From Vulcanimicrobiales bacterium (GTDB taxonomy: Bacteria; Vulcanimicrobiota; Vulcanimicrobiia; Vulcanimicrobiales; Vulcanimicrobiaceae): 64,000 nt of DNA. Where the stretch lies: positions 64,001 to 128,000 of the forward strand of contig JBBQQR010000004.1 in NCBI GenBank assembly GCA_038215615.1, given 5' to 3'. The notes beneath the pieces are model-generated. The model did not search any database. It saw only the letters and a program-made list of their open reading frames with translations, and had not been told where the DNA came from. Numbering within the stretch: position 1 is the first letter of the stretch; the number at the start of each line of letters is the position of its first letter. Of this stretch, positions 38,703 through 48,035 are shown piece by piece. The position numbers and the translations under genes are program-made.

Positions 38703-39530
38703 ATGAATCACACAGGACAGGGCAAGCACGCCCGGGAGACACCCGCGGAGTCGCAGCCATTTTCACTTCTCATCCAAGACGACCACCGTCAGCGGCTGGT
38801 GATGGCGTTCGCCGCCGCCTTGGCGCTGGAGATGGTCCTGGCCCAGCTGGTCCCTTGGCGCACGACGACCATCCCGCCCGAACAGCCCGAAATCATTACG
38901 ATTGCGAAGCTCGTGCGCATCGAGCAGAGGCCGACGCCGAAGCCCATCGTGCACGCGCACGTCATCGCGCCGACGAACGTGCAGCCGAAAGTGGTCAACC
39001 CGGGAAAGCCTTCGGAAAACCAGCATATCCGGCGCGTCGCTTCCGCGCGGCCGATGGTGCACACGAAATATCACAAAGCGATCGCTGCCGTCCACATTCC
39101 GACAGGCGGACAAGGCACCGGGACCAGCAAGTCCAAGGCGCTCACGGGCGGTGTCGGGACGGGCGGCACGGGAACCGGTGAGAGCGGCACTGGAACCGGA
39201 ACCGGCGGCGCGCCCGCCGCGCACGAGCCGTGCGGCTACGTCGATTTCATTCCTTACGATCAGCCGACCATCGACAACGGCACGGGACGTATTTGGGAGC
39301 ACATCTCCATGACGGTGCGATTCCCCGACGGCACTGCACAAAGCATCGATCTGGATTACCCGTGGTTTTACGCGTCGACGGCGGCCGACCCGTTCAGAAT
39401 AACCAGTGCGAAAACGGCACTCTTCCAATTCCCGCCGTCGGGCCAGAGCGTGCCCACCCTCGTGCAGTACGTGATGGATCACACGACGGCCGGCGGCAGC
39501 ACGAAGCTCAAGGAGTGTCCGAGCGGCTAA
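38703..39530 (+). CDS. membrane-anchored protein with TonB-like architecture (TM, Pro-rich and Gly/Thr-rich linker, C-terminal domain)
   Basis: One N-terminal TM, PTPKP, GTGGTGTGESGTGTGTGG linker, Cys-bounded C-terminal domain. Confidence 0.6.
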   Translation: MNHTGQGKHARETPAESQPFSLLIQDDHRQRLVMAFAAALALEMVLAQLVPWRTTTIPPEQPEIITIAKLVRIEQRPTPKPIVHAHVIAPTNVQPKVVNPGKPSENQHIRRVASARPMVHTKYHKAIAAVHIPTGGQGTGTSKSKALTGGVGTGGTGTGESGTGTGTGGAPAAHEPCGYVDFIPYDQPTIDNGTGRIWEHISMTVRFPDGTAQSIDLDYPWFYASTAADPFRITSAKTALFQFPPSGQSVPTLVQYVMDHTTAGGSTKLKECPSG

Positions 39531-39602
39531 CTTTCTTTAAGTTAGTGAAACCCGCTTCGCAAGCGAGCGGTTAAATCTCTTATGTGTCGTAGGAAAGGGC
39601 CT

Positions 39603-40310
39603 ATGAGCCCACGCTATTTTGCATTGTTCGCAGCGCTTTCGCTCGCGGGATGTATCGACGCATCAACGTTTGCCAGTCACAACGTCGAGGCGAAATTACA
39701 CCGTTCGATCGCCGCCGCCGGCGCCACTCAATTGAGCGTGATCAATGTCTCCGGCTCGATCACTATCATTGCGTGGGATCGTCCCAGCGTCGACATTAGC
39801 GCGCGCGTCTACGGAGCCAGTCAGGACGCAGTCGCCCGGACGCACGTCGTGACGCAAGGCGGTTCGGAGATCTCCGTTAAGACCGAATACGACAACAACG
39901 GCGGTATTTTTGGAAACCACAACGGCGCCGAAGTCGACTACACCATCCGCGCGCCCAAGACAATCGCCGTTTCCGTCACGAACATTAGCGGCCCGACGAC
40001 GCTGACGGGACTCGCCGGCGACGTCGACGCAAGCGAAATCAGCGGGCGTCTCGACGCCACGCTTGGACGGGTCGCCGGAACGCGCAGCATTCACATGAAC
40101 GCCATCAGCGGACGCATCACCGTGCGCATCGACCGCGACAGCAGCGCGCGCGTCAACGCCAGCACGCTCAGCGGTTCGGTCAATGTATTTTTCCCGTCGG
40201 ACCTTCATCAAGGCGTGGTCGGAAACTCCGCCACCGGGCGGATCGGCAAAGGCACAGCCTCAATGACTCTCCACACGGTCAGCGGTCCGATCGCTGTAGA
40301 ACCGGAATAG
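39603..40310 (+). CDS. DUF4097-like beta-strand repeat lipoprotein
   Basis: LAGC lipobox; repeated N/T-(I/V/L)-S-G units. Confidence 0.8.
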   Translation: MSPRYFALFAALSLAGCIDASTFASHNVEAKLHRSIAAAGATQLSVINVSGSITIIAWDRPSVDISARVYGASQDAVARTHVVTQGGSEISVKTEYDNNGGIFGNHNGAEVDYTIRAPKTIAVSVTNISGPTTLTGLAGDVDASEISGRLDATLGRVAGTRSIHMNAISGRITVRIDRDSSARVNASTLSGSVNVFFPSDLHQGVVGNSATGRIGKGTASMTLHTVSGPIAVEPE

Positions 40311-40314
40311 ATCC

Positions 40315-40438
40315 ATGAAACTTCGCAATCTTTTTCTTGCGATTGCGGCAGCGGCCGCTTTAACCGGATGTTACTGAAACGCACAACACGTTTTTCAGCG
40401 AAACCGACGCTGCGGCTGCAGAGCGCGTCTTGGCATAA
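40315..40438 (+). pseudogene. lipoprotein signal peptide ORF that stops one residue after the lipobox Cys
   Basis: MKLRNLFLAIAAAAALTGCY* (40315-40377); a shifted frame runs TETHNTFFSETDAAAAERVLA* to 40438. Confidence 0.5.
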
Positions 40439-40442
40439 GAAA

Positions 40443-40470
40443 AGAGGCCGGTCGCTTACGACCGGCCTCT
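40443..40470. terminator. terminator between convergent genes
   Basis: AGAGGCCGGTCG-CTTA-CGACCGGCCTCT with A-run on the left and CCTTT on the right. Confidence 0.8.
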
Positions 40471-40492
40471 CCTTTGGTTCGAGCCTCGCTCC

Positions 40493-43030
40493 TTACCGCA
40501 CCGAACCAGCCGGCAAAATGTTGGCTTTTGCGTCCAAAGCTTGCTGAGCCACCGCCGCGAGCGCTTCGAGATGCGCGCGCGTCAATTCGCTTAGTCCGGA
40601 GCTTTGGAGTCCCTGCGCTGCCAACTGCCGCAGTTGCTGGAGCTGAATGCGCGCGAGCGCTTGAGCATCCGCGGGAGTGCCGGGTGCCGGATTAACCCAC
40701 ATATCCGACAACCGTTTCGCGTAGTTGACTTGCAGATTGCGGCGGATAGGGCCGGCGCTGTTGATTCCGCCCGTCAGATCGCCGAAGATGCTCCCGCGCG
40801 CCCAGTCGAAGAGATTCGTCAGCGACATGGTGGCGCCGGAGCTGTACTTGGTCTGCAGATCGTCGATGCGTTGCAGCGTCAGAGGGGCAAAGAGCTCGGC
40901 GAGCACTTGGTTCTGCGCCAAGTTGACGATGGTCGTAACGGCCACGTCGTGACGCGGCGTCGGATTGTACGCCCACGCTCCGCCGGTGAAATCCGACCAC
41001 TCGGAGTACGTGAGCTTGTTGAGAACGTTCTGGTTGAAGTGCCAGGCAGAATTTGCGAACAGTCCGTTCGCGAGCATGCTCCAAGCTGCGCGTTCGTCGG
41101 CAAGCGAAACCGGCGAGAGCGGTTGTCCTGCGCCGGACTCGCCCTTAGCGGCGCGCGAGATATACTCGCCGCCGATCCAGTGCGCGGGCATGACCGCACA
41201 GCGCAGGTACAAATTGAAGGGAGACGTGAAGGCCTGACGCGCTTCGTCGAACGTATGACCGGGCGCCGGAAAGCGCTGCCCGACGGCGTTCATGACGCTG
41301 TGCATCGTCTTCATCTGCACGTCGCACCACTGTAAGGGGTGGTTGGTCAGATCGTTCTGCGCGACGCGCGGATCGATTGCGTGACCGAATTGAAACGAGA
41401 CATCCTCGTCGCTGGCAAAGCGCGTGCGTGGATTCGCCCAGGCCGATGCCCAGCGCCGGAGCGTGGGAACTTCAGCGTTGGGCGTCATTGCGTTGGGAAT
41501 GTAACCGTAACCGTAACGAATCGCATAGTAATCGTACGGACCTAAACCGAGCTGAACGTAATCTCCCTGCGCCGTTCCTTTCGGCCAGAGGTTGATCGGA
41601 GCGTACTCCATCACCGAGTTCCCGACGCCCCAGCGGCTCGTGAACGCCTTGCTCTGCATCTGTTTTGCCGTGTAAGCCGTCGAGCCGATGAAGTTATGCT
41701 GCAGTCCGAAATCGTGGCCGGACTCGTGCAACATGATCGAGCGGATCAAGTCTTGCGTGAACTGATTTTCCGCGGCCGCCGTGTCCGGTAAGCCGCGAGC
41801 GGGAGCGATGACATACCGGTATGTGCGCCCGACAAGACCTTCGACCGCATCGAAGTTCACGCCGATGTTGAGCTCTTCGCCGGTGCGCGGATCGGTAACG
41901 AGTAACCCTTCCGCACCGAATGCCGGCGAGCTCGTATTGAGCCACCGGATCATGCTATGCCGGATGTCTTCCGGATCCCATGACGGATCGGCGGGCTGTT
42001 GCTGCACCTGCACGGCGTCCAAGATGCCTACCCGGCGGAACGCGTCGTTCCACGTAAGCAGCGCGGCCTTGACCGTGTCGCGATACTGATACGGAATGTC
42101 GCTGCTGAGATAAAATACGAGTGGGTGCGTGGCCTTTACGGGAGCGGAAGATGTTCGCGGCCCAAAATTCCAACGCATGATGTAATGAACCGTACGGCTC
42201 GTGCCTATCTGATCGGTCGAGAAGTTGATCAGCGGTTGCGTAAAATATCCGACCCGCGGATCGGCGATACGTGGCATATACCCGTTGTTCGGCGCTTGAA
42301 TGATGTTGTATGACATCAAGATTTCGAGACTGCGAGGGTCGGGCGCATTGTCGATGCGGTTGGGCGCGGCGGACTGCCACGTCTGACTGACGCGTAGTAC
42401 GTCGTTTTCCGGAAAGGCTTTTGTCACCGCAAAGTACGAGCGCGTCGGATCGAGTCTGTACGCACCCGGGCTAGGCGGACCGAAGTTCAAGCTCGAGTCG
42501 AAATCGGCGACATCGCCCAGCAAGAATGAAGCCGGAATGACGACCGTTGTGTCGTCGGCCGCCGCAATCGGCGCCACCGCAACCACGGAGGCGGGCAGCG
42601 AGAGTTGCACGCCGGTCGCTTCGGGCGTATTCGGCCGTGTTATCGTGTACGTGTTGGGCCAACGAATGACGACGGTGTCGTCGACTTTTTCGAAACGGAT
42701 CAACCGCGCGGGGGCAACGTACGGCTCACCTTGGGCCGGACCCAATCCGCCAAGTCCGCTTGAGGGAACGGCAGTTTGGATGAAGTCGGCCCCGAGTTGG
42801 GCTCGTTTTATCGCTAAATAAACGCGGCCGGCCTTGTGGATGATCGGAATAAGACCGTCTTGAACAACGGCGCCGCGCACGAACACGTCGTAGGGGGCTG
42901 GGCCTGAACCCGCGGCTGCGGCTGCCGCTGCGGCAGCGCTGGGCGGCGGAGCCGTTTGCGCGGCGGCCGGAGCCGCCAAGGCCAACACAAAAAAACCGCC
43001 GAGTATAACGCGAAAGAGACTGGTCGTCAT
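40493..43030 (-). CDS. secreted zinc-dependent metalloprotease (DUF4953/EcxA-like)
   Basis: PRIADPRVGYF, HESGHDFGLQHNF, SVMEY and GPYDYYAIRYGY motifs. Confidence 0.9.
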   Translation of the reverse strand: MTTSLFRVILGGFFVLALAAPAAAQTAPPPSAAAAAAAAAGSGPAPYDVFVRGAVVQDGLIPIIHKAGRVYLAIKRAQLGADFIQTAVPSSGLGGLGPAQGEPYVAPARLIRFEKVDDTVVIRWPNTYTITRPNTPEATGVQLSLPASVVAVAPIAAADDTTVVIPASFLLGDVADFDSSLNFGPPSPGAYRLDPTRSYFAVTKAFPENDVLRVSQTWQSAAPNRIDNAPDPRSLEILMSYNIIQAPNNGYMPRIADPRVGYFTQPLINFSTDQIGTSRTVHYIMRWNFGPRTSSAPVKATHPLVFYLSSDIPYQYRDTVKAALLTWNDAFRRVGILDAVQVQQQPADPSWDPEDIRHSMIRWLNTSSPAFGAEGLLVTDPRTGEELNIGVNFDAVEGLVGRTYRYVIAPARGLPDTAAAENQFTQDLIRSIMLHESGHDFGLQHNFIGSTAYTAKQMQSKAFTSRWGVGNSVMEYAPINLWPKGTAQGDYVQLGLGPYDYYAIRYGYGYIPNAMTPNAEVPTLRRWASAWANPRTRFASDEDVSFQFGHAIDPRVAQNDLTNHPLQWCDVQMKTMHSVMNAVGQRFPAPGHTFDEARQAFTSPFNLYLRCAVMPAHWIGGEYISRAAKGESGAGQPLSPVSLADERAAWSMLANGLFANSAWHFNQNVLNKLTYSEWSDFTGGAWAYNPTPRHDVAVTTIVNLAQNQVLAELFAPLTLQRIDDLQTKYSSGATMSLTNLFDWARGSIFGDLTGGINSAGPIRRNLQVNYAKRLSDMWVNPAPGTPADAQALARIQLQQLRQLAAQGLQSSGLSELTRAHLEALAAVAQQALDAKANILPAGSVR

Positions 43031-43079
43031 GAACCCTCCGGATTAGGACGGGCGCCTCAAGCGCCCAGACCTATGAATT

Positions 43080-45107
43080 TCAGCGAACGAGCGGCTGACC
43101 CTGCGGATAGATCGGGCGATTCACGATGCGTTCAAGGGTCGTGGCTTTGGAGCTGAGCACAAAGTCGCCGAATTTGGCGAAATTCTCACGCTCGGCTTCA
43201 CCTTCAGCAAAGCGTTCGTTACGCGTTAGGTCGATTTTGCCCGACGCCGGCAGAAAGCGGATGTAACGCCCGTCGTCGTCGATGCCGGCTTGGATGAGCC
43301 CCTCGTCTTCGAAGATCCGTAAAGCCGCCCCGACCGTCCGTTCTCTGACTCGGTCGAACTGCAGCGTATCGGCGATATCGCCCTGCGACATCCGCACGAC
43401 CCCGCCTTGAGCCAGCCCGCGGATACCGCGGTAGAGCTCGCGCAGCACGCCGATGGTAGGCGCCTCCTGATCGATGATGTACTCGTTGATGCGGCGATCG
43501 CCCTCACCGAAGAGCAAGTGGATGTGCGCCGGTTCGCCGTCGCGGCCGGCGCGGCCGGCCTGCTGATTAAACTCGGTGAACGAAAAGTTGAGGTGATAGA
43601 GCACCACGTTGCGGACGTCGGGGAGGTCGATACCCTCGCCGAAGGCCGACGTTGCGATGACGGCGCGCAGCTCGCCCGAACGAAAGTACTTTTCCACATC
43701 GGCCCGGTCTGCTGCCGGCATTCCCGCGTGGTAAAACATGACGCTCGATCCGAGATCGCGCCGTAATCCGTCGGCAACCTTCGACACCTCGCTGCGCGAG
43801 TTGCAATACACGATCGCCTTGCCGCTGCCGCCCAGCGTGTCGCGCAGATACCGCAGTTTATCTTTCGTGCCGCGCGCGTCGACCACGTGCAGATTCTCGC
43901 GCACGGACGGATCGATCACCCACGCATCTATTCCAAGCTCGCGCACGATGTGGCCGAAAGCTTCGTCGCGAGCGGTCGCGGTTAAGCCCAAAACCTGCGG
44001 CGAGCCGAGCGACGCGATCGTCGCGGACAATTTTCCGTACGCCGGGCGGTGACTGGACTCGTACGCGTGGTGCGCTTCGTCGACGACCAGTAACCCCGGC
44101 GCACTTTTCCCCGTAAACGCTTCGCGGTGGAACTGCAAAAACTCAGGCGTGCCAAGAATGATATCCCAGTCGCCCGTTTCAAGCGACGACATCAGATGCG
44201 CGCGCTCTGCGGCTCCGATCGCGCCGTTCGCGCGCAGAATGCGCAATCCAAATCCATCGAGACGGCGCTTGAGCGCCTCGTATTGGTCGTTGGCAAGCGC
44301 GCGCAGCGGATAGAGCACCAAAGTCTTCTGGCCGGACTCAAGCGCGCGGTACGCAGCCGGGTATTGAAAGCAAAACGACTTGCCGCGCCCCGTTCCCATA
44401 ACCGCAAGCGTGTTTTTTCCCGCATCCAGTCGCGCCAGCACATCGCGTTGCGCTTTGTGCATTTCCGATTCACCGATGAGCGCGCGGCGAACGTCGGCAT
44501 GATCGGCTTGAGCGCGCGCTTGCACGGCAAACGCATCGAGCGCGCTCCCCAGCGCGCGAAAGACGCAAATATTCACTCCGAACTTCTTGCCTTCGGTTCC
44601 CCCGGTTACGTGCTCGACCCGCGCGCCGTACCCGATTCCCGCGTCGATCAGCGGCGCCAGATGCCTGGCTATTTGTTTGCGCAGGAAACCGAGTTGCAGA
44701 TTTCCGTACCACACGGCAATGGCGTTGGCGTCGAACGGATTCGCGGGCTCGCGCTCGAGCAACAGATCGACGCCCGGCACGATGCCCGCTACGACGTCCT
44801 GCCGGCCCTCAAACGAGACGCCCATGATTTTGGTCGGAAAGGAATCGCGCTCACCGATACCCGCAAACGCATCGCGGTCCAAGAACGTCTTCTGCTGCGC
44901 GAACATGCGCTCGACGAAGTCGTCAATCGACTCCGTTCCGTCGTCGATCGACGGCAGTTCAACCGGCCCCTTCGACTCGCTACGCTCGCTCAGGACTGCG
45001 CTTGGCGCAGGCGCTGAGGTTTTGCCAAAGTTTTCTAATAGCCGCTCGAACGCGGCTTCCGATGGAGTCGGGAGCGGGAGTTTCCTATTCTTCGCGCTGC
45101 GCGTCAT
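43080..45107 (-). CDS. HIRAN domain + RecQ-like DEAH helicase
   Basis: TKIMGVSFEGRQ..LEREPANPFDANAIAV..LGFL (HIRAN); MGTGRGKS, DEAH, TATA, ATSAFGEGID and QQAGRAGRDG motifs. Confidence 0.88.
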   Translation of the reverse strand: MTRSAKNRKLPLPTPSEAAFERLLENFGKTSAPAPSAVLSERSESKGPVELPSIDDGTESIDDFVERMFAQQKTFLDRDAFAGIGERDSFPTKIMGVSFEGRQDVVAGIVPGVDLLLEREPANPFDANAIAVWYGNLQLGFLRKQIARHLAPLIDAGIGYGARVEHVTGGTEGKKFGVNICVFRALGSALDAFAVQARAQADHADVRRALIGESEMHKAQRDVLARLDAGKNTLAVMGTGRGKSFCFQYPAAYRALESGQKTLVLYPLRALANDQYEALKRRLDGFGLRILRANGAIGAAERAHLMSSLETGDWDIILGTPEFLQFHREAFTGKSAPGLLVVDEAHHAYESSHRPAYGKLSATIASLGSPQVLGLTATARDEAFGHIVRELGIDAWVIDPSVRENLHVVDARGTKDKLRYLRDTLGGSGKAIVYCNSRSEVSKVADGLRRDLGSSVMFYHAGMPAADRADVEKYFRSGELRAVIATSAFGEGIDLPDVRNVVLYHLNFSFTEFNQQAGRAGRDGEPAHIHLLFGEGDRRINEYIIDQEAPTIGVLRELYRGIRGLAQGGVVRMSQGDIADTLQFDRVRERTVGAALRIFEDEGLIQAGIDDDGRYIRFLPASGKIDLTRNERFAEGEAERENFAKFGDFVLSSKATTLERIVNRPIYPQGQPLVR
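44968..44996 (+). repeat. REP-like palindromic element inside the helicase N-terminal coding region
   Basis: CCCTTCGACTCGCTACGCTCGCTCAGGAC, read on the minus strand as VLSERSESKG. Confidence 0.75.
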
Positions 45108-46419
45108 CCGGTGGCAGCGGCCGCTCCGGTTCGAAGCCTTCGAGGTTCATGTTTATTTCTTCGTGACCCTGATCGAACGCGGTTTCATCGCCGCCCGCGG
45201 CTTGCGCGTCGAGCGGATCCATCGTGTTCGCCTCTTCGCCCGCTGTCGGCGTCATCTCGTCGCCCGCAGGGGCGTTCTCGTCGCGCTTGCGTTTGTAGCG
45301 TGCAGGCGTTCCCGGCGTAACCGTACGCGACCCTTTGGCTTTCTCGCGGCGAGCCTTACGCGCCGCCACGATGTCTTCGCGCGCCATGCCTGAATGCGCG
45401 CCAAGCGCGCGGCTCTCTGCAACCGTCCGCGCCGAACGCGTACCTTGCGCGGCCAAGCCCGCCGCGCGTTTGCGCGAAGCCGAATCGAGTTGGCGTTTGC
45501 GGAAAAAGAGCACCAGCGGCGCCGAGTAAAAGATCGAGTGGTATCCGCCCGAGCAAATCCCCACCAGCAGCGCGAACGCGAAGTTCTGCAGCGATGCTCC
45601 GCCTAGCGCGAGCAGCGCGACCAGAGTGATGACGACGGTGGCCAGCGTGTTGAACGAGCGCGTCATCGTCTGCAAAATCGACGTGTTGACGATCCTGTCG
45701 TACGGCTGCCCCGCCATCACGCGGGTGTTTTCTCGTATTCGATCCAGAATAACGATCGTATCCATGACCGAATAGCCGATGACCGTAAGTACCGCCGCTA
45801 GGAACGCATCGTCGGCGCGTTTGTCCGCGAGCGCGTAGATGCCGATCATCATCGCGGCGTCGCGCACGAGCGCGATAACCGTGACCAAGCCGAAAATGTA
45901 GTTCCAGCCGAACCGGAACGCGATGTAGAGGAACTGGATCAGCAGAGCGATGACCAGCGCCTCGATCGCCTTGATCAGATACTCTTTGCCCAGCGTCGGT
46001 CCAACCGACGTGACGGCGGACGAATTCCGATCGACCGGCGCGATGCTTTGCAGCGCGTTCCACAGCGCGGTTGTGTTGTTGCCGAATGCGGTCTGCGTTT
46101 CGACGGAGTATTTCGTCCACGCGTTAGCGCCCGCGGTTTGGCCGACGGTCGTGATGCGCTCGTCGCTCACGTTCAGTTTCGAAAGCGCCGCGCGCACCTG
46201 GTCTTGCGTAACCGGTTTGCTGAAGACGACATCGACCGCGGTGCCGCCGGTGAACGACAGGCCCAAACGAAGCGCGTGCGATGGCTGAAATCCGCCGCCC
46301 GGCGCAGTCAGCGAATGATAGACCATCGATCCCAGTCCGGCAAGGATGATCAGGTACGAGATCAGCGAGACGACGCGGAACCAGCCGACGATATTCCAAT
46401 TCAGGCGGCGGAAAAACAT
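45085..46419 (-). CDS. secF: protein translocase subunit SecF with long charged C-terminal tail
   Basis: LGLSFTGG, VGPTLG and IGYSVMDTIVILDRIRE motifs. Confidence 0.94.
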   Translation of the reverse strand: MFFRRLNWNIVGWFRVVSLISYLIILAGLGSMVYHSLTAPGGGFQPSHALRLGLSFTGGTAVDVVFSKPVTQDQVRAALSKLNVSDERITTVGQTAGANAWTKYSVETQTAFGNNTTALWNALQSIAPVDRNSSAVTSVGPTLGKEYLIKAIEALVIALLIQFLYIAFRFGWNYIFGLVTVIALVRDAAMMIGIYALADKRADDAFLAAVLTVIGYSVMDTIVILDRIRENTRVMAGQPYDRIVNTSILQTMTRSFNTLATVVITLVALLALGGASLQNFAFALLVGICSGGYHSIFYSAPLVLFFRKRQLDSASRKRAAGLAAQGTRSARTVAESRALGAHSGMAREDIVAARKARREKAKGSRTVTPGTPARYKRKRDENAPAGDEMTPTAGEEANTMDPLDAQAAGGDETAFDQGHEEINMNLEGFEPERPLPPDDAQREE

Positions 46420-46422
46420 CGG

Positions 46423-47799
46423 TTACGTCCCCGCCTTCGACAAGATGCCGACTTCTTCGGGCTTCACGCCGTAGAGGTTCGGGTTGGTCGCGACGTTACT
46501 GTCGACGACCAGATCGACGAAGAACCGCGTGATGAAGACGGCGGTAAAGAGCGAAAACACCGTGCCCCAAAAGAGCGTGTAAGCAAAGCCTTTGACCGTG
46601 CCGGTTCCGAGCATGAACAGCACGCCCGCGCCGACGATCGTGGTAAAGTGGCTGTCGAAGACCGCCGTGAACGCGCGCGCAAAGCCGGTGCGCACCGAGG
46701 CGCGCATGGACTTGCCGGCCCAGAGTTCTTCTTTCATGCGTTCGAAGATCAGCACGTTAGCGTCGACCGCCATACCGATCGAGAGCACGAAGCCGGCGAT
46801 ACCCGGCAGCGTGAGCGTCGCGTGCGCTGCCGCCAGCAGTCCGAACATCATGATGACGTAGATCACCAGCGCGATGTCGGCCAAGAGTCCGGGCAGACGG
46901 TACATCACGATCATGAAGAGCAGTACGAGCCCCAGCCCAAGCATCGAAGCGTACAGCGACTTCACGAGATCGATCTTGCCGAGCGTCGGTCCGATCGTTT
47001 CGTTTTCGATGAACGTGATTGGAACGGGCAGCGCGCCGGCATTGAGTTCGTTGGCCAGTGTGATCGTTTGGTCTTCGGTGAACTGTCCGTAGATCTCGCC
47101 GCTGTCGGAGATGGCACCATTGATCGTCGGTGCCGAAATGTAGCGCTTGTCTAAAAAGATACCGAGCGGCTTGCCGAGATTAGCGGTGGTCAGCGCGAAA
47201 AACTTCTTGGGGTCCTTGGTTTGGAAGTTGATCTGAGGCGCGCCGGCTTGACTGTAAGCAGCTTGCGCCGCCTTCAGCTCTTTTCCGGTGTACACCGTCG
47301 GACCGCTCGCGTTATATGCGCCGCGGGCAATCAGCGCGCACGCGTCTTTGGTGGCTTTGTTGAGGTTGCATTTGGCCGCCGTCGGATTCGGTCCCAGATA
47401 GGCCAGAGCGGCTTCAGCGCGCTGCGCTATCGCGGGCGGAACGATTTTGTATTCGAGCACCGCGACTTGCTTGAGCAAGAGCTCGGCTTGCTCGGCATTC
47501 TTCACCTGGGGAAGCTCCACCAAGATGCGATCGGTGCCGACCTTGTTGAGCTGCGGCTCGGTGACGCCCAGGCCGTTGATGCGGTGGTCTATGACGTCCA
47601 TCGTTTCGTTCTGCACGTCGGCGGTAATGGTCTTGACTTCGGGCGTCGTGTTGAGCTGCAGCAAGAGGCGCGCTCCGCCTTGCAGATCCAGCCCGAGGTG
47701 GATCTTCTTTTGCAGCGGCAGCGCGGCGTAGAGACACAGCGCGACGATGGCGAGGACGACGAGCGCCTTCACCGGGTTCTTCCATCTATTCCAGGTCAT
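46423..47799 (-). CDS. secD: protein translocase subunit SecD
   Basis: LGLDLQGG, AGALP, IGPTLG, TLPGIAG and GMAVDANVLIFER motifs. Confidence 0.95.
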   Translation of the reverse strand: MTWNRWKNPVKALVVLAIVALCLYAALPLQKKIHLGLDLQGGARLLLQLNTTPEVKTITADVQNETMDVIDHRINGLGVTEPQLNKVGTDRILVELPQVKNAEQAELLLKQVAVLEYKIVPPAIAQRAEAALAYLGPNPTAAKCNLNKATKDACALIARGAYNASGPTVYTGKELKAAQAAYSQAGAPQINFQTKDPKKFFALTTANLGKPLGIFLDKRYISAPTINGAISDSGEIYGQFTEDQTITLANELNAGALPVPITFIENETIGPTLGKIDLVKSLYASMLGLGLVLLFMIVMYRLPGLLADIALVIYVIMMFGLLAAAHATLTLPGIAGFVLSIGMAVDANVLIFERMKEELWAGKSMRASVRTGFARAFTAVFDSHFTTIVGAGVLFMLGTGTVKGFAYTLFWGTVFSLFTAVFITRFFVDLVVDSNVATNPNLYGVKPEEVGILSKAGT

Positions 47800-48035
47800 G
47801 GCTAACCGCCGAATGTTGTGGACGGGCCTCTGCGGGGCCTTCAGCTGCCGCACTGGCTCGAGGATTTTGCGCGGGCCGGGTTGACCGTGGCGTTGGGCTA
47901 CGGGTTCCCATACCGCGACTTCAAGAAATGGCGGTTGGCCGCGGGGTGAAGCCCCAGGAATGCTTTCGATGACGGCAACCAGACCAGGAGCCCCAAATAT
48001 GTGCCATTACTTGCCATCCTGGCCACCGTATGCGC

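Noticed and set aside
39115..39210. Low-complexity GGCACNGG repeats
   Set aside because: Explained by the Gly/Thr linker coding sequence
40375..40377. Selenocysteine readthrough of the TGA after the lipobox
   Set aside because: No SECIS-like hairpin recognised directly downstream and the readthrough peptide does not look protein-like
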